This document shows, piece after piece, positions 1 to 10,985 of a stretch of DNA of 64,000 nt (positions are counted from its first letter, which is position 1; the number at the start of each line of letters is the position of its first letter). The notes beneath the pieces are model-generated. The model was given only the letters and a program-made list of their open reading frames with translations. It did no database searches and was not told the origin of the DNA. Origin of the DNA: Desulfobacterales bacterium (GTDB taxonomy: Bacteria; Desulfobacterota; Desulfobacteria; Desulfobacterales; UBA2174); contig CAXXWC010000021.1 of NCBI GenBank assembly GCA_963668645.2, positions 1,408,001-1,472,000 of the forward strand, written 5' to 3'. The position numbers and the translations under genes were made by a program.

Positions 1-1088
1 GGCGCACCGTTTTCGGTCACCACCAGGGCGTTGACGTTGTAGCGCGGGAGCAGTTCGGCGGCGGCACCGCAGCTGGCACCGGCAGCCACGATGATCGGCG
101 GGGCGCTCATCAGATCCCGCGCCCGCCGCCGGGAGCGGATGGTCCGGGCCAGTGTTTCGCGCAGCCGCTGTTCGACCTGCAGCAGGGTCAGATCCCGGAT
201 CGTGGCCGAGGCGGCCGAAGGATGCCCGCCGCCGCCCAGTGGGGCCAGCACCGCGTCGACTTCCACTTCCGGGATACGGCTGCGCGCAATGACATGCACC
301 TTGTTTTCCATCTGGGCGATGGCAAAAAGCGCGTCCAGATTTTCCATGCGCGCCATCTTGTGCACCAGAAAGGCCAGATCCGGGACATAGCGGTCCGTGG
401 CGATGTTCGTAACGGCCACCTCTATGCCGTTGACCCGGTAACGGTCGGCGGCCTGAATCAGGTCGTTGAGCAGGCCGACCTGCTCGGGACTGATCTCGCG
501 GGCGATCAATTGCGCCACGGTGTTGAGGTTGGCCCCCTGTTCAAGCAGATAGGCGGCCGCCCGAAAGTCCTCCACGGTGGTCGAGGCGAAGGTGAACGAC
601 CCGGTATCTTCGTAGATTCCCAGGCACATGATGGTGGCCTCATCGGCGCTGATGGGAATCTTGCGCTCGCGCAGCAGCCCGGTAAGAAGGGTCACGGTGG
701 CACCGGCCAACCGCTTGATCCCGGCCTGGCCGGCGATGTCGTCAGCGCGGGGGGGGTGATGATCATAGACGTGAACCTCGATACCGGGATTACTCAAAAC
801 CTGTGCCAACGGGCCGAGACGACTGGCCTGGCATGTATCCACCAGGACCAGGCGCCGCACAGCCTGCAGATCCAGATCCCGTATTTCGACCATATTGAAC
901 AGGTAGACCATGGAGCTGATAAAAAAGTGGCGCAGGCTCTTTTCCTGGGAACCGGGAAAAACCGCCAGGGCCTCGGGATAAAGCTTCTGGGCCGCCAACA
1001 TCGAGGCCATGGCATCAAAATCGGCGTTGACATGACTGGTGATCAAGGTCAATCCGTCCGAGGCCGGAGCGTGGGTATCATCGTTCAC
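1..1088 (-). CDS. DHH/DHHA1 phosphoesterase-CBS domain protein, probably the N-terminal part of a DHH-CBS-tRNA nucleotidyltransferase fusion (runs off the window edge)
   Basis: Manually translated, not in the ORF track. GTG at 1088 after GAGGA; MNDDTHAP...ITSHVNADFDAMASMLAAQKLYP, VYDHH, GIYEDTGSF, LGGGGHPSAASA, then CBS-like ARDLMSAPPIIV. Confidence 0.8.
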   Translation of the reverse strand, partial: MNDDTHAPASDGLTLITSHVNADFDAMASMLAAQKLYPEALAVFPGSQEKSLRHFFISSMVYLFNMVEIRDLDLQAVRRLVLVDTCQASRLGPLAQVLSNPGIEVHVYDHHPPRADDIAGQAGIKRLAGATVTLLTGLLRERKIPISADEATIMCLGIYEDTGSFTFASTTVEDFRAAAYLLEQGANLNTVAQLIAREISPEQVGLLNDLIQAADRYRVNGIEVAVTNIATDRYVPDLAFLVHKMARMENLDALFAIAQMENKVHVIARSRIPEVEVDAVLAPLGGGGHPSAASATIRDLTLLQVEQRLRETLARTIRSRRRARDLMSAPPIIVAAGASCGAAAELLPRYNVNALVVTENGA

Positions 1089-1416
1089 CTTGGCAAAATC
1101 CTCTGGATGGCAGGGGCAAAGATGTTGAGGACATTGATCGCCTTCAGCATTCATTTGTCAATAGACATAATCCGAAGCCGGGATCAAGAGCCAACCCTTC
1201 GAAAAGCGCTCCTGGCAGTCCAACCAAACGCGTGCCTGGGGGCAGAGTCGCACAGGACGTCGCTTTGCTGGACAAGCGCCGGAAAAGATTGTACGATGCG
1301 CCATCTTCAGACGGAAATCGGGGGACCGGCGCGCGAAGGGCGGTGGCAAGCATGGAGGACTGGCTTGACGCCCAACCAAGCTGCGCGAGGTTCAAGCGAC
1401 GAAAGGGTGATGGATC

Positions 1417-2628
1417 ATGCCGGTCTACATCTGGGAAGGCAAAAACCGTAAAAATGAGGCCCAAAAGGGGGAATTCGAAGCCGCCAGCGAAGATGCCGTG
1501 CGGGCCCACCTGAGCCGGATGCGCATCACCCCGGTCAAGATCAAAAAGAAACCCAAAGACCTTTTCGAAAATGTGTCCTGGGCCCAGCCCAGGGTTACCC
1601 AGGCCGACGTGATTCTTTTTTGCCGGCAGTTTTCAACCATGATCGACGCCGGGCTGCCCATCATCCAGTGCCTGGATATCCTGCACCAGCAGCAGGAAAA
1701 CAAGACCTTCAAAAAAACCATCAAGGACATCAAAGAATCGGTGGAAGGCGGGCAGACCTTCGCCGAGGCCCTGAAGAAATATCCGGCCCAATTCGATGAT
1801 CTGTTCGTCAACATGGTGGCCGCTGGCGAAGCCGGCGGGATCCTGGATACCATCTTGCAGCGGTTGTCCAATTACCTGGAAAAAGCCGCCCGCCTCAAAA
1901 AGAAAATCAAAGGCGCCATGACATACCCGGCCATTACCCTGGCGGTGGCGGTCATCGTGGTGGCCGTAATCATGGTCTTCGTGATACCGGTTTTCGAAGA
2001 GATGTTTTCCGATTTCGGCAGCGCCCTGCCCGGCCCGACCCAGATAGTGGTGGACATGAGCCGTTTCGTGCGCGACAAAATCCTATATATCCTCGGCGCC
2101 GGGGCGATTTTCACCTTCACCGCGCGCCGGGTCCTGAAAACCGAAAAAGGACGCGTCCTTTTTGATCGCTACGTGCTCAACCTGCCGATTTTCGGCGTTT
2201 TACTGCGTCGTGTGGCGGTTGCCAAGTTCACCCGTACCATGGGCACGATGCTCACATCGGGCGTTTCGATTTTGGATGCGCTGGATATCGTAGCCAAAAC
2301 GGCGGGCAACAAAACCATAGAAGCCGCTATTTACAAGGTGCGCCAGGGGATTGCCGAGGGACGCACCATGAGCGACCCATTGTCCGAAACGGGCGTTTTC
2401 CCCGCCATGGTCTGCCAGATGATTTCAGTGGGTGAATCCACCGGGGCCCTGGATGCCATGCTGGTCAAGATCGCCGACTTCTATGACGAAGAGGTCGATC
2501 AGGCCGTCGAGAATCTCACGGCCGCCATAGAACCGGTAATGATGGTCTTCATGGGCGTGGTCATCGGTGGTCTGGTGGTCTCGATGTACCTGCCGATCTT
2601 CAAAATGGCCGGCGCCATTAGCGGCTGA
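1417..2628 (+). CDS. pilC: Type IV pilus assembly platform protein (T2SS F family)
   Basis: 403 aa; FCRQFSTMIDAGLPI, AGEAGGILD, KIKGAMTYP, GESTGALDAML, MYLPIF motifs. Confidence 0.93.
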   Translation: MPVYIWEGKNRKNEAQKGEFEAASEDAVRAHLSRMRITPVKIKKKPKDLFENVSWAQPRVTQADVILFCRQFSTMIDAGLPIIQCLDILHQQQENKTFKKTIKDIKESVEGGQTFAEALKKYPAQFDDLFVNMVAAGEAGGILDTILQRLSNYLEKAARLKKKIKGAMTYPAITLAVAVIVVAVIMVFVIPVFEEMFSDFGSALPGPTQIVVDMSRFVRDKILYILGAGAIFTFTARRVLKTEKGRVLFDRYVLNLPIFGVLLRRVAVAKFTRTMGTMLTSGVSILDALDIVAKTAGNKTIEAAIYKVRQGIAEGRTMSDPLSETGVFPAMVCQMISVGESTGALDAMLVKIADFYDEEVDQAVENLTAAIEPVMMVFMGVVIGGLVVSMYLPIFKMAGAISG

Positions 2629-2692
2629 CGGCCCTTGCAGGCCCTGAGCCGAAAACCGCAAAGCACCGCGGCCTGAAGGGCCGGACACCCCG

Positions 2693-4009
2693 ATGCGGTC
2701 AACCCTTTCCGAAGCCGAACAGGAAACCTACAGCCGATTGCGGCTGCTGATGTTCTTCAGGGTGCTATTCACCACCCTGCTGCTCAGCTCCACTATCGTT
2801 TTACAGACCGGCAAGAGCGTTTCGGCCCTGGCCCCGCCGCTGTTGGCGCTCTATGTCCTGATCGTGGCCATCTTCCTGCTTTCCTGCGTCTATGCACTAT
2901 TTTTGCCGCACACCCGTTCGCCTTCCCGCTTCGCCTATGTCCAGGTCGGCATCGACACCCTGATCGTCACCATAGTGATCCTGGTCACAGGCAGTTTCGC
3001 CAGCATCTTCTCCTTTCTTTATCTGGTGGTCATCATCTATTCGAGCATTTTGCTGGAACGCGGCGGCAGCATGCTCATGGCAGCTTTTTGCAGCATCCAG
3101 TACGGCATTTTAGTCAACCTCGAATTCTACGGCCTTTTCACCCCCTTCGTGGTGGACGCCAGCCCCACGGCCATGACCTACCTGTGGCGTGACGTTCTCT
3201 ACAAGGTCATGATCACTACGGTGGGCTGCTTTGCGGTGGCCATCCTCAGCGACATGCTCTCCGAACAGGTCCGGAAAAGCCGCAAGGCCCTAAAAACGAT
3301 GGAAGAACGCATGCGGCGCGTGGAAAAACTGGCCTCCATGGGAGAAATGGCCGCAGGGATGGCCCATGAATTGAAGAACCCGCTGGCCGCCCTGGCCGGC
3401 TCGATCCAACTTTTGCGTGAAGAACCGTCCAACCGGCGGACCCACGAACGGTTGATCCAAATCGCCCTGCGCGAAACGACCCGGCTCAACGACCTGCTCA
3501 CCGATTTTCTCATGTTCGCTCGCCCGCCGGCCGGCAAACGCCAGCCCCTGCGACTGGACCGTGCGGTAAACGAAATCATCGCCCTTTTTGAGAAAGACTG
3601 CACCTGCGCCGGGCGCATCGTCATCCGAAAAAAGCTGGCCCCGGGTATGTGGGTGGACATCGACCCGGTGCATCTGCACCAGATTCTTTGGAATCTGATG
3701 CTCAATGCGGCCGAAGCCATCGAGGGCCGGGGTTTGATCGATGTCGAAGTGCGCTCCGAACGCAACGAAAAGGTCGAAATCCGCATCCGGGATAACGGCT
3801 GCGGGATTCCACCGGAGCTGATGGAAAGCGTTTTCAACCCGTTTTTTACCACCAAGGCGGAAGGCACAGGACTCGGGCTGTCCGTTGTGCACCGGCTTCT
3901 CGAGTCCTACGACAGCTACCTGCAGGTGGAAAGCCAGAGCGGCCGCGGGTCGCTGTTCATCCTGACCCTGAACCGGATTCCCGAACCGGTGAAATCGCCC
4001 GAACCTTGA
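2693..4009 (+). CDS. pilS: PilS-like membrane sensor histidine kinase
   Basis: Multi-TM N-terminus resembling PilS (RLLMFFRVLF, TGSFASIFSFLY); H-box AHELKNPL; N, G1, F, G2 boxes; directly after pilC. Confidence 0.8.
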   Translation: MRSTLSEAEQETYSRLRLLMFFRVLFTTLLLSSTIVLQTGKSVSALAPPLLALYVLIVAIFLLSCVYALFLPHTRSPSRFAYVQVGIDTLIVTIVILVTGSFASIFSFLYLVVIIYSSILLERGGSMLMAAFCSIQYGILVNLEFYGLFTPFVVDASPTAMTYLWRDVLYKVMITTVGCFAVAILSDMLSEQVRKSRKALKTMEERMRRVEKLASMGEMAAGMAHELKNPLAALAGSIQLLREEPSNRRTHERLIQIALRETTRLNDLLTDFLMFARPPAGKRQPLRLDRAVNEIIALFEKDCTCAGRIVIRKKLAPGMWVDIDPVHLHQILWNLMLNAAEAIEGRGLIDVEVRSERNEKVEIRIRDNGCGIPPELMESVFNPFFTTKAEGTGLGLSVVHRLLESYDSYLQVESQSGRGSLFILTLNRIPEPVKSPEP

Positions 4010-4150
4010 CAACCGGCATTGGAATACGATAGCAAAATCGGTTTGTTTTTTGGTGTGGCCGTTGGCGCAAGACCGGTGCAAGAACCAAACCTCCCGGATC
4101 CCAGCGGCACGAATCCTTCAACCCGCAACCCGGCAAAACCCGAGGTAGCC

Positions 4151-5629
4151 ATGAACGCAAGCTCCGACGTGGCCCGGCAGCGAAAAGAAAAGATCGAGGC
4201 CCTGCGCCGCGACCGGATCAATCCTTATCCCAACGATTTTAGCGTAACCCACGACGTCGCCGATCTGCGCATGCATATCGAGAAGGCCCCTGAAAGCCTC
4301 GGCGAGGACGATCCCGTCTTTGCCGTGGCCGGCCGCATCATCGCCATAAACCGCTTCGGCAAGGCCGCCTTCGTACGGCTGCGGGATCGCACCGGCCAGA
4401 TCCAGGCCTATATCCGCAAGGACGGCGTTGGGGATGAGGCTTACGCGCTTTTCAGGCAGATGGACATCGGCGATTTCATCGGCCTTCATGGAGGGCTGTT
4501 TCAAACCCGCACCGGTGAATGGACCCTGATGGCGCGAGCGCTGACCCTTGTGGCCAAGTCGGTGCGCCCCCTGCCCGAAAAGTTTCACGGGCTCAAGGAT
4601 CCTGAAAAGCGATACCGCCAACGCTACCTCGACCTGATGATGAACGACGAGGTGCGCGAAATCTTCTACCGCCGCAGCCGCATCGTCCAGGAGATCCGCA
4701 GCTTCCTCTTAGCCCGTGATTTTCTGGAGGTCGAAACCCCCATGATGCAGGCGGTCCCCGGCGGCGCCGAAGCCACTCCCTTCGTGACCCACCACAATGC
4801 GCTGGACATCCCCCTCTACCTGCGCATCGCCCCGGAACTCTATCTCAAGCGGCTCGTGGTGGGCGGGTTCGAGCGAGTTTTCGAGATCAACCGCAACTTT
4901 CGCAACGAGGGCGTCTCGACCCGCCACAACCCGGAATTTACCATGCTCGAGTTTTACCAGGCCTATGCCCGCCACACCGACCTGATGGCACTCACCGAAG
5001 ATATGTTCCGCCGGACGGCCGAAGCGGTCACCGGTTCAGCGGTGATCGTCTATCAGGGCCAGCGCATAGACTTGGCCGCGCCCTGGCGGCGCATCGAGCT
5101 GTACGAGTCCCTGGTACAGATCGGCGGCATCGAGCCCGAGGTTCTTCAGGACAGAGAAAAGCTCTTGGCCACAGCGGCCGAACGGGCAGTGCCGGTCAAT
5201 CCCCACGCGCGGACGGGAAAGATCATCACCAAGCTCTTCGACACCCTGGTGGAGCCCCACCTGGTACAACCGACCTTCATCACGGGTTACCCGGTGGAGG
5301 TCTCTCCGCTCTCGCGGCGCAATGATACGGCGCCCGAGGTGACCGAACGCTTTGAGCTGTTCATCGCCGGCTACGAAATCGCCAACGGTTTTTCGGAACT
5401 GAATGATCCCGAGGACCAATACCAGCGTTTTGCCCAGCAGGTGGCGGACCGGGAGGCCGGGGAGACCGAAGCCCATCCCATGGATCTGGACTACATCGAG
5501 GCCCTCGAATACGGAATGCCGCCCACTGCCGGAGAAGGAGTGGGAATCGACCGGTTGACCATGCTGCTCACCGATGCGGCCAGCATCAGGGAAGTCATCC
5601 TCTTTCCGCACCTTAAACCGCGATCCTGA
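4151..5629 (+). CDS. lysS: Lysyl-tRNA synthetase (class II)
   Basis: ATG after GAGG; RYRQRYLDL, LRIAPELYLKRL, FRNEG..HNPEFTMLEFY, YGMPPTAGEGVGIDRL. Confidence 0.97.
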   Translation: MNASSDVARQRKEKIEALRRDRINPYPNDFSVTHDVADLRMHIEKAPESLGEDDPVFAVAGRIIAINRFGKAAFVRLRDRTGQIQAYIRKDGVGDEAYALFRQMDIGDFIGLHGGLFQTRTGEWTLMARALTLVAKSVRPLPEKFHGLKDPEKRYRQRYLDLMMNDEVREIFYRRSRIVQEIRSFLLARDFLEVETPMMQAVPGGAEATPFVTHHNALDIPLYLRIAPELYLKRLVVGGFERVFEINRNFRNEGVSTRHNPEFTMLEFYQAYARHTDLMALTEDMFRRTAEAVTGSAVIVYQGQRIDLAAPWRRIELYESLVQIGGIEPEVLQDREKLLATAAERAVPVNPHARTGKIITKLFDTLVEPHLVQPTFITGYPVEVSPLSRRNDTAPEVTERFELFIAGYEIANGFSELNDPEDQYQRFAQQVADREAGETEAHPMDLDYIEALEYGMPPTAGEGVGIDRLTMLLTDAASIREVILFPHLKPRS

Positions 5630-5662
5630 CGGTCCCGGGCATCGGCGGAGAAAAGCGCGAGC

Positions 5663-6881
5663 ATGCGTTTTGAATCCTTCATCACCCTGCGCTACCTTCG
5701 GACAGGGAAAAAGCAGGCTTTTGTATCGCTCATCAGCCTTTTGTCCATCGCCGGAGTGGCCGTAGGCGTAATGGCCCTGATCGTGGTGATTGCAGTCATG
5801 GCCGGCTTTGAAAACGATTTAAAAAAACGGCTGCTCTCCATGCAGGCCCATGTAGCGCTCACCCCGCGCCCGGAGGCTGCCATGGCCCCGGACAGCCTTC
5901 GGCGTCTGGAAAGCATCCCCGGGGTTCTGGCCGCTGCGCCCTTTGTCGAAAGCCAAGTGATGCTCCGCTCGGCCAAAACCGCCGCCGGGGTGCTGCTGCG
6001 GGGCGTGGAACCGCAAAAAAGCGCCAAAGTCATCGACGGCCCTATCTACCTGGGCGCACTGAACGAGGCCGATCACTTGCCTTCCGAGGCGCCCAGCCTG
6101 GGCGGCATCGTTCTGGGAAAGGACCTGGCCCGGCAACTCGGGGTGGTGGAGGGCGACCGCGTCTTTATGGTCGCCCCCCAGGGGATGCTCGCCCCGGTGG
6201 GGTATGTGCCGGCCATGCGCCCCTTTTCCGTGGCGGGTCGTTTTTCCTCCGGGATCTACGAATACGACGGCAACGTCGCTTTTATCCTGCTGGCCGAAGC
6301 CCAGAAGGTGCTGCGCATGGGAGGGCGAATTTCCGGCATTCAGGTACGGCTGAAAAATGTCGACCAGGCGGAGCGCGTGGCCCGGGACATCGAAGAGGCC
6401 ATGGGCGCGGATTTCACCGTCAGGCCCTGGACCACGACCAACCGCAGCCTGCTCAGCGCCCTCAAACTGGAAAAAACCGCCATGTTCGTCATTCTGGCCC
6501 TCATCGTCTTCGTAGCCGCCTTGAACATCGCCGGCACCCTGGTCATGACCGTCATGGAAAAGGCCCGGGATATTGCCATCCTCAAGGCCCTGGGGGCCAC
6601 CGACGGGGCGATCCGGCGCATCTTCGTAATGAACGGACTGATGATCGGAGGGCTCGGCGTTCTGGCGGGCGCCATCCTCGGCTTGGGACTCTGCCGTATC
6701 CTCTCGTCTTCCGACCTGATCCGCCTGCCCGGCGACATTTTTTATATCACCCGCCTGCCCGTCCACCTTATGCCCCTTGATGTGCTGGCGATCGGCTTGG
6801 CCGCCATCGGCATCTGCCTGCTGGCCACCCTTTATCCGGCCCACCAGGCGGCGGGCCTCAACCCGGTGGAGACCATCCGTC

Positions 6882-6889
<8 letters not shown>
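5663..6889 (+). CDS. lolE: Lipoprotein-releasing ABC transporter permease (LolC/E)
   Basis: SIAGVAVGVMALIVVIAVMAGF, ALKLEKTAMF, DIAILKALGA, ATLYPA; adjacent to lolD. Confidence 0.9.
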
Positions 6890-7574
<685 letters not shown>

Positions 7575-7626
7575 TCCGGCGCTGAGCCAGGGCTTGCGCC
7601 AAACGCACCAGAAAGATGGAGACTCT

Positions 7627-10350
7627 ATGTTAAACCCGCATCCGTGTGCCGAGAGCCGTCAGGCTGCCAGCGCAGACCGGTGGCGGGCCATCGGCGCCTG
7701 CCGCCTTGTGGCGTGGCTCTGCTGCGCCCTGGCCCTGATACTGGCAACTGCGGGCCCGACCCGGGCCCAAAAGGACAGTCCGCTTCCGGTTCTGGCGCTT
7801 CCGTTCCGCGTCTTTACCCAGGATCCTGCAGGCGATTTGCCCCGGCAGGTGGCACAAACCCTTGCCGAACAGCTCACCGCGGCCGGATCTAAAGCGACGG
7901 TGGCCGATATTGACGACGAAGCGTTGGCTGCCCTGCTCGAAGCCGGCACCGATGCGATCCGCGACTACGGCCGAGCCCAAAGCGTCGCCTTTGTCGTATG
8001 GGGCAGTGTCACCTGGGTCGGCGACCGTTTTTCCATCGACGGGCACCTGACGGAGGTCGCCGGGGGCCGCACCCAGACATTCTACCTCGAGGGCCAGCGG
8101 GTCGAATCTCTCGCCCCGACCCTGCGCAATCTGGTGCGCCAGTTCACCCCGATGATCTTAAAGCAGGACAAGATCGTGGCGATCCGCATCGAGGGCAATC
8201 AGCGGATCGAATCGGACGCCATCGAAAGGGTGATCCGCACCGGCCAGGGAGACATGCTCGACCCGCGCCAGCTGGCCGCCGATCTCAAGGCCGTTTTCGC
8301 CATGGGGTATTTCGACGATATCCGGATCGAGACGAGTGATGAGCCCGGCGGAAAGGCGGTGATATTTCGGGTCAAGGAAAAACCCACGGTCCGGAAAATC
8401 AGCATTACGGGCAACAAGGTCTTCGATGATCAGGAAATCAACGAGACCCTTACCCTGCGCACCGGATCGATCCTCAACGAGACCACGATCCGCAACAATC
8501 TCAAGCGCATCGAAACGCTTTACAAAGACAAGAACTACCATAACGTGAAGGTTGAATACAGCATCATTCCCCTGGACAACAACCAGGGTGACCTGGAGTT
8601 CAAGATCGAAGAAGGAAACAAGATCCGCATCCAGCGCATCGTTTTCCAGGGCAACGACGCCGTATCCGAAAAACAGCTAAAGAAACTGATGAAAACCTCC
8701 GAAGCATGGTTCTTGTCCTGGCTGACTTCGGCCGGCGAACTCAACCAGGAGGTCCTTGACCAGGATGTCGGCCAGATCCGCGCTTATTACAACAACCATG
8801 GCTACATCCAGGCGCGCATCGCCGACCCGGTGATCGAATACATGGACGACGGCATTCAGGTGACGCTTAAAATCGAAGAAGGCCCCCAGTACAAAGTCGG
8901 CACCGTCACCGTTAACGGCGATCTGGTTCAGCCGGCCGAAGATCTGGTGGCGAGGCTGAGCATTGCCAAGGAGACGTATTTCAGCCGCGAGGTGGTGCGC
9001 AACGACGTGCTGCTGCTCACCGATCTTTATGCCGACGAGGGGTATGCCTATGCCGAGATCGTGCCTAGCACTACGGCGAAACAGGACATGCTCATCGTGG
9101 ATATCGATTTTGCCATCCACAAGGGACCGCTGGTCTATTTCGAAAAAATCGTCATCAGCGGCAACACCAAGACCCGCGACAAGGTGGTCCGGCGTGAGTT
9201 GGAAGTCTACGAGCAGGAGCTCTACCAAGGCGCCAAGCTCAAGGAAGGGGTGCGCAACCTCATGCGGCTCGATTATTTCGAGGACGTCAAGGTGGAAACC
9301 CCCAAGGGCAGTGCGGACGACAAGATGACGCTCAAGGTCGACGTGGTCGAGAAGCCCACCGGGGCCTTTACCTTCGGCGGCGGCTACAGCAGCGTCGAGG
9401 ATGTCTTTACGGTGGTTTCCGTCTCCCAGCGCAACTTTCTGGGCAAGGGCCAGACCCTCCAGGCCCAGGCCCAAATCGGCGGATCGACCACCAAATTCGA
9501 CGTCCGGTTTACCGAACCGTGGCTCTTCGACATCCCTTTGACCGCCAGCGTCGATCTGTACAACTGGGAAACCGAGTACGACACCTACGACAAGGACAGT
9601 GTCGGCGCAGGCCTGCGCCTCAGTTACCCCTTCTGGAAGGATGTCCGGCTCTACTGGGGGTATCGCTTTGATATTTCCGATATCAGTGAAATCACCGATG
9701 ATGCCTCTGACGAGGTACGCGAACTGGAGGGCTCCAACACCACCAGCTCCACCGAAGTGGCTATCCGCTACGATTCGCGCAATCGGTATTTCAATCCCAC
9801 GGAGGGTTCGATGCACGGCATCAGCCTGGAGTACGCAGGTCTGGGCGGCGATGTGGGATTCATCAAGACCGAGGTTGAAACCGGCTGGTATTTCCCTCTT
9901 TTCAAGCGAATTACCGGCTTTTTACGGGCCAAGGGCGGATATGTGACCGAGACCGGAGGCAAGCTGCTGCCCGACTATGAAAAATTCTACAAGGGCGGAA
10001 TCAACTCCCTGCGCGGCTTTCGCTGGAAAGATCTGGCCCCTTCCAAAATCAACAGCCAGGGCTATCTGAGCTATGTCGGCGGAGAAAAATACGTCCAGTT
10101 CAACGCCGAGGCCATCTTCCCGATTGAAGAAAAGATGGGCGTCATGGGGGTCGTCTTTTTCGACACCGGCGAGGTCTTCAGCAAGGATGAGGACCTCGAT
10201 TTTGGCAATCTGCGCGAAAGTGTGGGGGCCGGAATCCGCTGGTATTCACCCGTGGGGCCGATCCGCGTCGAATACGGGCACATTCTCGATCCGAAGACCG
10301 GTGCCGGTGAAGGCGGACGCTGGGAGTTCACCATGGGGACGACCTTCTGA
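7627..10350 (+). CDS. bamA: Outer membrane protein assembly factor with an extra N-terminal domain
   Basis: POTRA-like repeats (IRIEGNQRIE, ISITGNKVF, ISGNTKTRDKVVRRE), GGINSLRGF, SVGAGIRWYSPVGPIRVEYG, C-terminal F; start codon uncertain. Confidence 0.93.
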   Translation: MLNPHPCAESRQAASADRWRAIGACRLVAWLCCALALILATAGPTRAQKDSPLPVLALPFRVFTQDPAGDLPRQVAQTLAEQLTAAGSKATVADIDDEALAALLEAGTDAIRDYGRAQSVAFVVWGSVTWVGDRFSIDGHLTEVAGGRTQTFYLEGQRVESLAPTLRNLVRQFTPMILKQDKIVAIRIEGNQRIESDAIERVIRTGQGDMLDPRQLAADLKAVFAMGYFDDIRIETSDEPGGKAVIFRVKEKPTVRKISITGNKVFDDQEINETLTLRTGSILNETTIRNNLKRIETLYKDKNYHNVKVEYSIIPLDNNQGDLEFKIEEGNKIRIQRIVFQGNDAVSEKQLKKLMKTSEAWFLSWLTSAGELNQEVLDQDVGQIRAYYNNHGYIQARIADPVIEYMDDGIQVTLKIEEGPQYKVGTVTVNGDLVQPAEDLVARLSIAKETYFSREVVRNDVLLLTDLYADEGYAYAEIVPSTTAKQDMLIVDIDFAIHKGPLVYFEKIVISGNTKTRDKVVRRELEVYEQELYQGAKLKEGVRNLMRLDYFEDVKVETPKGSADDKMTLKVDVVEKPTGAFTFGGGYSSVEDVFTVVSVSQRNFLGKGQTLQAQAQIGGSTTKFDVRFTEPWLFDIPLTASVDLYNWETEYDTYDKDSVGAGLRLSYPFWKDVRLYWGYRFDISDISEITDDASDEVRELEGSNTTSSTEVAIRYDSRNRYFNPTEGSMHGISLEYAGLGGDVGFIKTEVETGWYFPLFKRITGFLRAKGGYVTETGGKLLPDYEKFYKGGINSLRGFRWKDLAPSKINSQGYLSYVGGEKYVQFNAEAIFPIEEKMGVMGVVFFDTGEVFSKDEDLDFGNLRESVGAGIRWYSPVGPIRVEYGHILDPKTGAGEGGRWEFTMGTTF

Positions 10351-10441
10351 GGGTCGAACAATTACTTTTTGCGCCCCAACCGGTCCAATATTCAAAGTTA
10401 AGGGTGCAGCGAATCGCTCAAACATGAAAACAGGAGGATCT

Positions 10442-10975
10442 ATGCAATATAGAAAACTGGGTTGGACCTGCCTGCTGGTGATTGCCTGGCTCGGATGCGG
10501 TGCAACGGTCATGGCGGCCGATACCAAAATCGGGCTCGTCGATTTTCAGCGTATTCTGGACGAATCGGCCGCCGGCAAGGCCGCACAGGCTGAATTCAAC
10601 AAACGCGGCAAGGAAATGGAAGCCGAACTCAAAACCAAGGGTGAAGAACTGGAAGCCATGCGAACCCAACTCCAGAACGACGCCATGGTGATGACCAACG
10701 AAATGCGAGAGGAAAAGGAACGCGAGTTCCGCATCAAAGTCAACGACTTTAAAGAGCTGCAAAAAAGCCACAACAAGACCGTGCGCGAGCTGCAAATGCG
10801 CGCCATCGCCCGAATCCGTCATGACGTCCAAGAAATGATCAAATCGATCGGCGAAAAGGAAGGCTATTCCCTGATCATCGAAAAGCAGGAAGCCGGGGTT
10901 CTTTTCACCGCACCAGACGCCGACCTGACGGACCGGATTATCAAGCGCTACGATACCCCGCCAAAAACCAAGTGA
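10442..10975 (+). CDS. skp: OmpH/Skp periplasmic chaperone
   Basis: Signal peptide, KIGLVDFQRIL, coiled coil, DLTDRIIK; lies between bamA and lpxD. Confidence 0.9.
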   Translation: MQYRKLGWTCLLVIAWLGCGATVMAADTKIGLVDFQRILDESAAGKAAQAEFNKRGKEMEAELKTKGEELEAMRTQLQNDAMVMTNEMREEKEREFRIKVNDFKELQKSHNKTVRELQMRAIARIRHDVQEMIKSIGEKEGYSLIIEKQEAGVLFTAPDADLTDRIIKRYDTPPKTK

Positions 10976-10985
10976 GACCGACCAG

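Noticed and set aside
222..1451. 409-aa plus-strand ORF
   Set aside because: Antisense shadow of the motif-rich DHH/CBS gene on the minus strand; no recognisable motifs.
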